Under the pieces are notes generated by a model. The model ran no database searches, was not told where the DNA came from, and worked only from the letters and a program-made list of their open reading frames with translations. Position numbers and translations under genes: made by a program. DNA of 64,000 bases from Marsupella aquatica (Eukaryota; Plantae; Marchantiophyta): NCBI GenBank assembly GCA_973895155.1, contig OZ316895.1, forward strand, positions 17,749,437 to 17,813,436, in the 5' to 3' direction. Below, one piece after another: positions 38,101 through 50,312 of the stretch. Positions within the stretch are counted from its first letter, which is position 1; every line of letters starts with the position of its first letter.

Positions 38101-41100
38101 ATGGCAACTAATACCATAAAGAAACTCAATTTCCAGGCCTTAAGTATCGATGGCTCCAACTTCCTCTCCTGGGCACTAGATGCTGAAGCGCACTTAGCTG
38201 CCAAGAATCTACAAGAGACTATCCTAACAGATGCTGGCCCCTCCCTCCAAGATAAGGCAAAGGCCCTTATCCTTATCAGACACCACCTGAGTGATTCCCT
38301 TAAGCGACAATATATGAACGAGTATAATCCCAGAATACTCTGGGACGACCTCCACTCCAGATTCGACCACACCCGAACGATCTTCCTACCTGCTGCACGC
38401 CACGACTGGGTGAACCTCCGAGTGCAAGATCACAAGTCAATAGCTGAATATAACAGCGAGCTCTTCAGAATAGTGGCCCAACTGGCCATCTGCAGACAAC
38501 CTGTAACCGACGAAGAACAAATTGAGAAAACACTTTCCACCCTGCATTCCACAAACCTAGTATTATCAACTCAGTATAGAAATATGAGATTTACCAAATA
38601 CTCGGAGGTAATAGCACACATGCTATTGGCAGAAAAACACCAGCTCCTACTACTCCAGAACACCCAACAGAGACCCCCTGGCACCATACAACCTCGCCCA
38701 AACACAGAAACATATTACAATAACTTTCGAGAGAGTAATTACTCAAGGGGCAGCGGAAGATTTAGGGGGAGAGGCTCCTTTAGAGGCTGCAGGGGAAGCT
38801 TCCCCCATCGATACAGTCGAGAACCCACATCCAGAAGCAGAGGCCGTGATAGACCCCATTTTGGAAGTACCAGAGGCACCTGGAAAAGGGGAATTAACAA
38901 TAGATCAGCCCCAAGACCCTAGTACTCTGGAAACCAACAAGAGAGAAGTGAATACTCACCCACATGCTATAGATGTGGGACAAAGGGCCACATCCAAAAG
39001 AATTGTAGAGCACCCATACACCTAGTAGACTTATACAAGAAGAGCCTCCAACCACCACAATCGGAGGCCTATGGAACATTCCTGGACGCCCCTGAAATCC
39101 AACCAGAAACACACATGCTCGAGCACAAAGGCACACACCTCACATTAGAAGACCCCAACACATGCATTGTGGACAGTGGTTCCACCCACTCAATCCTGAA
39201 AAAGAGGGAATACTTCAAAAAGATAACCCCCTCACACCGGGAAGTTACTACAATTATGGGCAGAAACCAAATCAAGGAGGGCCATGGCCCAGCCACGATA
39301 GTCCTCCCTAGAGGAACTACAATTGAAATCACATCAGCAATATTTGCTCCTAAAGCCACTCGGAACCTCCTCAGCTTTAGAGATATCAGAGCCAACGACC
39401 TGCATATACATACAGGCACCAGTAAAACCGGCGAGGTATTGTACATCACCGCCAGAACACACAAGGGCACGGAGATAAAAGAAATGATGGAGGCTTATCC
39501 CCTAGGATACTACATCACCAAAGCATACAGTTATCACACTGACACCCCTGGACAAACACTGACCGAAATATGGCACAGGAGACTAGGCCACCCAGGCACA
39601 AGCATGTTCCAGAAAATACTGAGACACAGAAGGGATACCACCTTCCGTCCACCCCACTCAACTCAAAGGCCCCTGCCTAGCATGTTCCCAAGGCAAACTG
39701 ATTATGAGACCATCACCTGCAACAACAGAAACAAAGATTTCCAATTTTTTAGAAAGACTACATGCCGATGTCTGCGGGCCGATCGACCCACAGAGCGGAC
39801 CATTCCGATTTTTTCTGGCCATCATAGACGCCTCATCGAATGGTCTCAAGTATCACTTCTGTCCACAAGAAACTTAGTATTCCCAAGGATTTTAGCACAC
39901 ATAATGAAGTTGAAGGCCCAATTCCCTGAGAGCCCAATCAAAATACTGAGAGTCGACAATGCAGGGGAATTTACCTCGAAGACCTTCGATGATTTCTGCC
40001 TGGCTGCAGGCATTGATGTACAATACCCAGTGGCTTACGTCCACTTTCAGAACGGGATTGTTGAATCCCTTATAAAACGCCTGCAGACCATAGCCCGCCC
40101 ATTACTTATGCAATCAAAACTCCCAACCTCCGCATGGGGCCATGCAATCCTTCACGCAGCAGCACTACTAAACTACCGACCATCAGCATATAACTCTACA
40201 AACCCACATCACCTAGCACTTGGCACTACCCCTAATATCTCACACCTCCAAACTTTCGGCTGTCAAGTACTGGTACCAATTATGGGTCCAAAGAGAACTA
40301 AGATGGGCCCCCAGAGAAAGAAAGGAATATATGTAGGATTTGATTCTACAGCGATCATCAGGTACCTGGAACCGACAACCACTGATGTATTCAAAGCCCG
40401 ATTTACTGATTGCCACTTTTATGAGGAAATCTTCCCAACAACAGGCTCAGAACAAACGAAGGACAACCCAAAAATGCAAGAACTACAATGGAAGATCCAG
40501 TCACAATTCTGGAACGACCCCAGAACGGGCCAAGCAGACACAGAGGTACAACAAATCATACACCTCACAAAAATGATGGAGCAACTCCCGGACTCATTCG
40601 CGGATGCAGCAAAAGTAACTCGCTCCCACATACCTGCTGCCAACGCACCATCAAGAATAGGAACAATGGACGGACAACCTAGAGAGCAAGCACCCAGAGC
40701 AAAGAGAGGACGACCAGTCGGCTCCATGGACAAACAACCAAGACAAAGAAGGTTGGCAACATCTACCACTCCTTCAGACAACCCGGTAAGACCTACAACC
40801 GAAATACATATAATAGAGGAAAGAGAAGAGATATCCATCAACTACAATAATACGGGACACATATGGGACAGAAAATCAACAGAACCAGATGAACATTTTG
40901 CTTTACATATATCACAAGAAATCAGAGAACTAGAAGATCCGAAAACAATCAAAGAAGCACGTAATCAACCAGACTGGCCACAATGGGAGATGGCAATTAA
41001 CTCTGAGTTAGACTCACTGATATCAAGGCAGGTCTTCGGATCAATAACACCTGCCCCACAAGACACTCACCTCACTGGATACAAATGGACATTTGTGAAA

Positions 41101-42665
41101 AAACGTAACACCAAAGGGGAAGTCATCAGACACAAGGCCAGACTAGTGGCAAAAGGCTTTACACAAATACCAGGGAGAGACTACGACCTCACCTACTCAC
41201 CTGTTATGGACGTAATCACGTACAGATACCTTATAGCGTTCTCACTTTACCATAAACTCTCAATGCACCAACTAGATATCGTCACAGCTTACCTGTATGG
41301 ATATCTGGATAAAACAATACACATGGAAGCTCCACCTGAGCTTATACAGAGAGCTGCATACCACAGCACGGACACATCAGTCCAGCAAGACAAAAGCCTA
41401 CAAATGGAAAGCCCATTCGGCCATACAAATAAAACAGTCCTACAGACTATGTCCAAAGCAATTGCACTAAAGCAAGAAAATCAAAATGCCACAAAGCGAC
41501 GAATACGATTCGCAGTGCAAGTGCTTTGCTCACTTTATGGGCTAAAGCAGAGTGGTCGAACCTGGTATGAAAGGTTCAAGGCAGAAATGATGGCATTAAA
41601 CTTCAAAAATTCAGAAATAGCACCACGCCTCTTCATAAAAAGAGAAGGAGATGAAATGATCATAGTTGCTATTTACATGGATGATCTCAATCTATTCGGT
41701 ACAAGTAAAATAATGCTGGAAGCCATAGCCATGCTCAAAAAGATTTTTGAAATGAGAGATCTCGGACAGACTACATTCTGTCTTGGCCTGCAATTCGAGC
41801 ATCTACCACAGGGAATTTTACTCCACCAGACCACATATACGAGAAAACTGTTGAAGCAATTCAACATGGACAAAGCTCAACCGGTAAAATCTCCCATGGA
41901 CATAAGATCCCTTGACAGGGACAAAGACATATTCAGAAAGCGAAAAGAGCACGAACAAATACTGGGCTCAGAGAAACCATACCTATCTGCGATAGGGGCC
42001 CTAATGTTCCTGGCGAACCAGACATTGCTTTCGCTGTAAATCTTTTAGCACGTCACAGTGCACAGCCCACAATTCGGCACTGGAACGGGATAAAAAGGAT
42101 CTTTTGCTACCTCTGTGGAACCACAGACTTGGGACTCTTCTACCATATAGATATTAACAACACAATGACAGGATACGCGGACGCAGGTTACCTGTCGGAC
42201 ACTAATGACGCAAAGTCCCAAACGGGATATGTATTCCTGATGGGAAAAACTGCCATATCATGGAAAAGCTCCAAACAGACGTTAACAACAATGTCATCCA
42301 ACCATTCGGAAATTATCGCTCTCTACGAGGCAAGTCACGAATGCCTCTGGCTAAGAAATGTAATCAACCACATCCATAAACATACAGGTACGCCTACCCT
42401 AACATCACCTACTACGATCTATGAAGACAATAGACCTTGCATAGATCAGATCCAAGCTGGATTTATTAAAGGCGATCGAACTAAACACATCGCCCCGAAG
42501 TTCTTTTTTGCACATGAACAGCATGGAGACAGCATCAACGTTCAGTGGATAGCAAGCCAAGAAAATGTAGCAGACATGTTCACGAAGTCATTACCATCAT
42601 CTATACACAAAATACATACTGATTCAATCGGAATGCATAGTCTATCCAACCTCACGCAGGAATGA
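38101..42665 (+). pseudogene. Bianca-like gag-pol with 1 premature stop and 3 frameshifts
   Basis: An in-frame TAG at 38920 precedes the zinc knuckle CYRCGTKGHIQKNC. Other motifs: protease CIVDSGSTH, integrase WHRRLGHPG and RVDNAGEF, RT KARLVAKGF, SLYGLKQSGR and IYMDDL, RNase H GYADAGY. Frameshifts are at ~39625, ~39840 and ~42020. Confidence 0.92.
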
Positions 42666-44723
42666 AAGAAATTAGACAGGATGCAATTCAGGGGGAGACG
42701 CATACCTCGACCAGACGAATCAAGAACCGAAACAGAAAGTCACCAACGCAGAACCAGAGATATGAAGACCAGCAGATGCGAAGACCAGCAGAACCGGCAA
42801 CGCAAGGACCAGCAACAGAACATAACGACAATTCAAGCACCACAAACGCAAGAACGCAGACATTCATACACTACTGTTCATTATGTGAACTACGACGACA
42901 CGACATGACGAACTTACCTCATGTTACTATTAGAAAAACAACTTACGATAACAATTATCACATTGTTACTTAACCCGACAATATGGAACCATAGGCTAAG
43001 ACAGTAAAAACCGGATGGTAATACTCTTTCCTCCCACAAAAGAAAGTAGGGGAGGTTTTAAGGAGGTTACATCCCCCCCCCCCCCCCCCCCACAAACTTA
43101 GCATCAAAAATCCAGAACTCAATAACATATAAACCAGATTAACCATTAGGAGACCTAATATGGGTATATCATTTTCCCTCTAAAATGACACACCCAAGGG
43201 GGAGTGTTATAACCCCAAAGGATTTAGTCTCCTAACCTTGGATTAATCTCCTAACCCATATGTTATTCCCCTAATACTTAGGTGATTAACCCATAGGCAG
43301 TTATACCAACCACCTGGATGTACCACCAGGCATGTACTTATATATCTTGGAGAAATGAGGAAGTGTCGATGTTATGGTGTATTTAACAAGTTCTACTTTC
43401 TACAGGATGGTAGCCTGAAGGCCAGAGCTTCAAAAGTATAGGGTGACTGCATTCCCCATCCGTGGTGGCCCAGGGTCTGGTCCAGAGTCTTCAATATAGA
43501 ATATTGGCCTTTATTCTACCTTTATTCACCTTTTATTAAATATCTAGCCTTAATGTCTAAGCTTTGCTCATAAATAGATGGTGAGCACCATGCTGCCCAT
43601 TCCAATTCCACCCCAGCCTTGGTGCCCCAAAAGCAATGGTCTAGAGTATTCACTCTAGGCAGTAGGCCTTTATCCTAATTTTGTTGGCGCCTTGTTAGAT
43701 ATATTTTAGACTAGCTCTGACCTGTGTGTCAGTGGCCATTTGATAAATTATTGACTCCATCAAGAGAAGTTGTATGGGTGGGATGGCAAAAATTCAGTCT
43801 TGCCTCCTGGGGTAAGGTAGTTGAGAATAATATAATACAACCACATTGAGGAATAGACAAGGAAGGTAGGGTGGTCAGGATGTCACAAAATAGGGACTAA
43901 TAAGGGAAGGGTGAATGACATAATGAAGGAGAAGGAAGGAGGGATGGAGATTCATTCAGTCTTCTTGTGACCTCTTTGGTCTTTGACTGCAGAGTCTGGC
44001 CACACAGACTGAATGAATTATCTCCCATCTCCCTCATACTACTTCATGTTAACTAGGTTTAGGGCTTGGACATAGCACTATGTCAGGTTGGGTAGTCGAT
44101 TACACATGGCCTCACCTATCCAAGTGAATTACCAACAAGGATCATAGCCCCTGCCCCCACCAAGCACTGAAGAAAGAGCAATTACAATGGGACCCTAATA
44201 CAAGTCATGGAACCTATAGCCCCTTCTCAAGAGGCCCCCACTCCTAGCTACATGCCAGACCAATCAATCAGCTCAAGTAATTTTGTACTCAGCTTTTAAT
44301 TAGAAATAGTGGTGGTGGTGTCTAGCAGTGTATCTCCAGATGTTTGGGTTCTTTGTTTAGCCTTTTCAGGTCCTCTCTTGAGTATAATCTTTTGCCAAGA
44401 AGTCTCCCTCGTTTTAAATCTTCTGTATTATTTAGCTTTGGAAATCAGTTTTAGTCTGAATATTTTTCCATTTCCTAAGATGGTTTTATGAAGAGATATC
44501 AAGATTGTTTCAAGCCAACTTAACATAGCCACAAATGTAGTTTTGAGTTAAAGTCGCAAAACCTAATCCAACACTCACTTTGGGTAACCATTCTGAGTTT
44601 TTTTTTTTTTTGGGGGGGGGGGGTTGACCAACAGTTTCCAGGATGTGTCAACAGGGTGAGATGTTTGTACATGGTTGAGTGTAGAGAACTTTGGACCTCC
44701 TCTAGGGATGGTCAAGTATTTTG

Positions 44724-45065
44724 TGTTAGGTATTTACTCTTATGTCTAGGGTTACAACATGTAACCATAGTTAGGCTAACCATGGTCATAGACATGGTTA
44801 GGTTAACTAAGTTGCACACTATATCCTAAGCAGTTCTTGCTAGGATAAGTTGAACTAAGGCTTATTTTTATGGAGCCACTTGAGAGGTGAGGAGAGCTTA
44901 CATTGTGGAGACTTGGTATGGCCAACGGACTTAGAGTTCAGTAAAGCTCTCTTGTGTGTTCCTATGGACGTAGCCCAAGGAGGTGAACCACGTATCTCTT
45001 GTGTTGACTACTTGCGCGTTGGTGTGTCATGTGCTTACCGTCGTGAATGTCATCTATGCTTAGCA
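44724..45065 (+). mobile_element. Solo LTR of the Tork-like copia family, opposite orientation to the full element
   Basis: TGTTAGGTATTTACTC...CTATGCTTAGCA is the diverged reverse complement of LTR 27520-27862. It is flanked by its own 5-bp TSD TTTTG at 44719-44723 and 45066-45070. Confidence 0.92.
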
Positions 45066-48000
45066 TTTTGGCACAGATTTTACACGGTCTTGTAAGCTTA
45101 AACCTGGGTCCCACCCAATTTCATATAGGACTGGGATTCCCAAGCGCTTAAGTGCCTCCCTGATTTGTACAACTCTATGTTGTGGCAAGTTTGTATGGCC
45201 CAAAAAGATTTAATGGATCAACAGAACTTTCCCAAACTGCTGCCCCCCCCTGCGGGTTATGTAAAGTGCCCCTTAGGTATGCTGATTCTTTTTGCAGGTT
45301 GTAATGTACTTATTTCTATAGGATAGCAACAACACCTCCAAGGTTGTGAGAATTTGAAGCACTGAATGCCAATTATGCGTAGAAGCTCCTCTCTAATACA
45401 TGCATGTAGAAACTAAAGGCCAACTTTGAGTCATCGATTTGATTGCTATATGTACAGTTTGGGACCTGTTTTTGTTCTTGGCTATATACCTTCTTTGTCC
45501 ATGAATGTGAATTTGACAAATTAAAGAGAATCTGACTAACAGGAGGATGTAGTCATTCTTGAATCATGATAGCATGGGTTCATTATTGTTGATCTGACAA
45601 AGACAAAGATACAGTAGACCCCTGAACCTTGTTGTAGGTTAAGCATTGCAACACAAGTGTACAACATTCATTTCCTCTAAAAGCACTGACAACATTTTGA
45701 CATGTTTCTCTATGACTGAGGAATTCATCTTTGAGGAATCTCAAGTGAATTAATTGCTTGTTGCCACACTTTGAGGTTTTGAGTGAGCATCTATCTTTTG
45801 GAGTGTCCCAATGTGTTATATTGGGGTAGACTCTGTTTTGAATGATCAAATGGATTATTACATTTGTTATCAATTCACTTCTTCATGTTCTTCAATCTAT
45901 GCATACAATATTCGGGTTTGGTGGGAGGCTTGCTGCAGAGCTGGAAGGCAGCTTCGACATAAGGCAAGGAGGAGTTAGTGGGTGATGGTTTCCACTGTAG
46001 ATGCAAATTTCATAAATGTGTGGATTATTTTCAAACAACCATTAGTTTGTCTTAATCCAATCATATTGATAAGCCTGTTGTAGTATGAGTTGGATTGGTG
46101 GACCCGTACACATATAGAAAAGAATACACTTACAACTGTCTCATTGTGCATTGATCTTTCATTATCCCTAAAATTGAAATGAATCCAATACACAGGGAAA
46201 CACATGAGAAAATTACCACAAAGTGTGTGTACGAATAGATACAGCTCTTTTGACCTGGAAAATATGAAATAAGAAGTTGAGTTTCAACTAAGATTACAAC
46301 ACTGATACAAAGTTCAACAATGACCCTTTTTTGCAAATCCTGCATAGTTAGGGAATGCAAAGGAGCACATTTGATGAGGAGTCATTCTCGAGGGGATCGA
46401 GGATGCCCGCAAGGATGAGCCCAAGTGTGCTTGGTTTGCTTTTTCTCTAAATTGTTTGTAAGACATTGTTGGCTTCCATACATTGAGCAAAAGATTAGAT
46501 CATGCAGGGGTTTTGTTACTTTCCAAGCTTGTACTTCAAAGTTAGTGGATCCTTGAATGTGTTTTTGCAGACCATTCCCATCAGTGAGTGATCCAATTTG
46601 TCATACTGGTTAGATTGATCCCAATGGTTGCAGATGTTCTTTGTCAAAATGGTTTACTCCTGCTTTGATCAATTGGGCAGTGCCTTTGGACCCATATCCT
46701 CAACTCAAGAAAAATCAGACCACTCCTCCATTGGTAAATGCATCATTGTCTGTTAATATTCTATTTATATGAAGGTGGATCAATGAAACCTTGGAGACTA
46801 GCAAGCAGGGGAGGGACTCCAAGTGTGCCTTGTTCTACATACCATAAATTGATAGTTTGTGTTAATCCTGCTGCCTCCATGCTGAACTCTCTTGACTACT
46901 CTTTGTCTCTCAACACTGTCTCAGGTCTTCAATTCCAGTCTTCAATAGTTATACTTACGCTCAATTTTCTTGGCTCGCTTGCCTTAAGACTTTCTGGCAC
47001 TTCAATTCACCTGGAAATTTTCTTTGTCTGGATAAGAAATTGATGCTCTGATGTACCACAATGTGTCATCAGGCATCTATGATGGATCTAGCAGCTCGTC
47101 TAGCAGCTAAAGATCTGATGATCTAGACATAGAAAGTTACTGTCTGAGTTCAAATCAACACAAATTTGAATATGCTCATCCCCCTTGAAGTGGTCCAGTT
47201 GAGTGTTTCTCAAACACGAGGGTCCATCCGGGCTTCTCCTTTTTCTGGATGGTTCAGATAATTTTGTTTTTATATTTCTGGAACATTGGTTTTGCCACTA
47301 GACAGCTGTCGTTCATGGCATCTACAGCATACATCTTTGTCATATATCACACCAATAAATGTAAATTCTGCTGGTGTATATTTTGCTGTCAAATTTTAAA
47401 TTGGCAAAGTGAAGCAAGGCAGAATTCTCAGGGCTATGCCAATATTGAAATTGGAATTACAATATCTCATTTAATATGTTACCATATCTTACTTATATTG
47501 ATTTGATTTGTCATCCAGCAGTGCACTTACTTCTTTGGAGGTCAAATTCATTACTATTGTGAATGGAGTCTTCCTACTTGAAAATGCTGTAAGATTTGAG
47601 GCCTCTGTCAGGTGTAGGAGCATTTCAACAGATCTGATTTGTTGTGTTCTCAAAGCTTTGCAGGTAAATCCTGATTGGCAAACCTCAAACCTCTCATTTA
47701 TTTTACCCCAATCCAAGTTCTTCCATATCCTATTCATTCAACTTTTACCCATGTAATGGGTGCAAAATTCATACAAAAATATTCATCCTCTAAGCAGTAC
47801 TTATTTGAGAGCTCCAAGAATATAATCTTAGTAGAATTTGCTCTGGATATTTGTCCATAAAAGGGCCAGACATACCAGGATGCTTGTCCTTTAAGCAATA
47901 TTTATTTCACAGCTCTAAAGCCTAGAATCCCAGCTAGTACAGTTTCACTTGGTGGTGGATATTTGATGCTTCCAAGTAGGGTCAGCTTTTATTTGAAGAT

Positions 48001-49757
48001 GGCCAGTTGGTCCACATTGTGTACAAGATTGTGTACATCACAGTGGGCATTTGGCAAATTCTCTTCTTAATAGGATTATTAGTCTGGTAGTGGTCAGGAT
48101 AGAGCTTCAAGGAGCATAATATTGAGAAGTCCAAAGAGTGCAGTGATGTTTATCAATTGTTTCCTTTGCTTTTTCAAATTCAACCAAGTAGACTTGAGAG
48201 TGTCTAAATCATTCCAGATTGCTTTCAGTAAGCAACCCTGCAATGAAGTTCAATTTTGACCACAACAAACAACTGTGTTAGTCATGGTTGCCATGGAAAG
48301 ACTACTCTGACTTGCTTCTGATCAGGTGTACCACTTCCATGATATTTGAGAGTGTAAAAGCAATATGCACAAACCAGGTAGACAACCTATGGACCCTTAG
48401 GGAGATTTCAATCAAAGGCTAAGAAGGTGATATGTCATAAAGTGCAGTGTAGCATAATGCATTACTAGTCTCATTATTGAACCAACAAAAGTGATGTTGC
48501 AATGATGGCAATAAAGTCTTGTGTTCAAGGGTTGGTTATTGAAGAGGGGGTTGCCAATTCCCTTATTGAGGAGACCTTGGTTGAGGGGGTGGTTATTCTG
48601 AGTTGATGCCTGAGTCAAGAGGTTAGGTTTTTTTTTTATTGACTGTGCCAACATAGCATTTGGTAAGCATGTTCAGGTAAATTTTTCCTAAATGAGGTTC
48701 AAATTTATCTAGCAATTATGTCTTTTCATATGGAGAGGTTTGCTTCATTTAATTCTTTCATTTTTGTTTAGAATTATTATCCACTAGATACACTTTTGGG
48801 AGTGCATGTTACAACCACTACCACACTTTATTGGTTCGCTAAGAGTGCGCAGACACCCTCCAAAAATCAAGGTTCCTATGACCAATGTTGAAAGATTTCA
48901 GTCCTTGTTGGCATCTTGCGCTCAAAGTACTCCATTTTTTTAATCCTCATCCGCTGTGATTCAGTGACGGAGGGTTGAAGATGACTCAAACTCAAATTCA
49001 TACTCAAACACTGCGACTTTTGAGGGAGGGTTGAAGATGACTTAGTTATCTTCTAGATTCAATATAATTCCAGCTGACAATCATAGGGGTTATTCAATGA
49101 TAAGTCCAGCTGATAATCATAGGGACCAGCTTGTACGTCATATATTTTTATGGACATAGAGCTCTAGAATCCTAAAATAACAAATTAGGATCAAGAAAGG
49201 GCAAACTCCCATATTGCCCACTAGGATCCAACCTTCTCACCAAAAGATTCAACCTTATGACTAAGACTGGTAGTCAGAACAGGGGATTAAGATGCTTCCT
49301 GACCAAGTAGTCCATCCCAAAACCTAACAGAGGATCTGCTTGACATGTGAGCAAGCTCTCAATTACAGATTTAACCATGTAGATCATGACACATCCCATG
49401 AAACAAGGAGAGGTTTCACCCAATTTCTAAGAGGTCTGGTCTGTCCATAACATTAAATCTAAAGTAGGTATTCCTGCAAAGGGGTTTTGCCGTTGATAGC
49501 AATGCCATGAAGCACAGACACTACTTTCACTATATTTTGACAAAGGCATCAGGTCTTAGTTGCATTTTGGTGCAGTCATGAATTTCCACCATGATAGATC
49601 ATAATTACACAAATTTAATTGGTCCTCATAAAACTTGACCTAGACGCTTCAACAATCTTAGGTAGCAACAAGCATTACAAGGTGATGGAAAGGTTCACTA
49701 TCTAGTAGAACGTGCATAGCTAACAGACATTGGGCAAGGAATATTGAACACACAGTA

Positions 49758-50312
49758 ATGTCCTGGGTTAAAAATTCCCGACCACCATCAACACACCGGA
49801 AGAAAACAGGATGGGACAGAGGATTGTGTTGGGGAGGAGGTTATCGAGACCAGGGGGAATTCCCTCCCAACCATTTCTCATTTGAGCCTGACCTTGTTCC
49901 CAAGGCCAGATGGTCGTGGCCCCAAGATGGATATCCTAGAGGGTGGCCATCTGCAAAAGGAAGTGGACTTCCATGGAGGCCCAAGCCCCAACTTGACCTC
50001 CGCCCAATCCCAAATTTCCCCTTCCAGCCTGATTTCAGTAGGCATCTCCGATGGGAGAAGCACCATCGTGGGATTGAAGCCTCTGCCAAAGGCAGTGGGC
50101 TTCCTTGGCACTCAAAGACTAATTTTATTCCTAACTACCGCCTCCCCACATTTCCCAATCCTGCATTCCATGGGCCTGAGAGGGTACTATCCCCCCTTGA
50201 GGGCGGTTCCCTGGACTCCCCTCGCCCACCTTACGAGGCCTTCAAGGGGCCACCCTTCCCAACCAGCCCATTTGTTTGGCGTAAGAAATTCTGCCAGATA
50301 AACAAATGCTGA
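49758..50312 (+). CDS. Orphan Pro/Gly/Trp-rich ORF (184 aa) with a duplicated SAKGSGLPW motif; possibly a decayed gene or TE ORF
   Basis: ATG-initiated ORF. The two 27-nt motif copies differ only at synonymous third positions. No family recognised. Confidence 0.3.
   Translation: MSWVKNSRPPSTHRKKTGWDRGLCWGGGYRDQGEFPPNHFSFEPDLVPKARWSWPQDGYPRGWPSAKGSGLPWRPKPQLDLRPIPNFPFQPDFSRHLRWEKHHRGIEASAKGSGLPWHSKTNFIPNYRLPTFPNPAFHGPERVLSPLEGGSLDSPRPPYEAFKGPPFPTSPFVWRKKFCQINKC

Larger units (their letters stand above)
37381..43388 (+). mobile_element. Full-length Ty1/copia LTR retrotransposon, Bianca-like, 6008 bp, recent but disrupted
   Basis: 184-bp LTRs at 37381-37564 and 43205-43388 differ at 2 positions. 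The TSD AGTTC is at 37376-37380 and 43389-43393, and the PPT AAGGGGGAG at 43196-43204. The gag start KLNFQALSIDGSNFLSWALDAEAHL is Bianca-type. Confidence 0.95.

Noticed and set aside
38101-39114. Separate gag ORF with a programmed frameshift or readthrough into pol
   Set aside because: Gag, the zinc knuckle and pol share one frame. The TAG at 38920 precedes the knuckle and looks like a CAG>TAG mutation.
45550-48400. Possible decayed minus-strand coding sequence (TE or viral)
   Set aside because: Stops occur in all frames and there is no motif I can name, so it cannot be supported without a profile search. The same applies to ~55500-56200 and 63030-64000.
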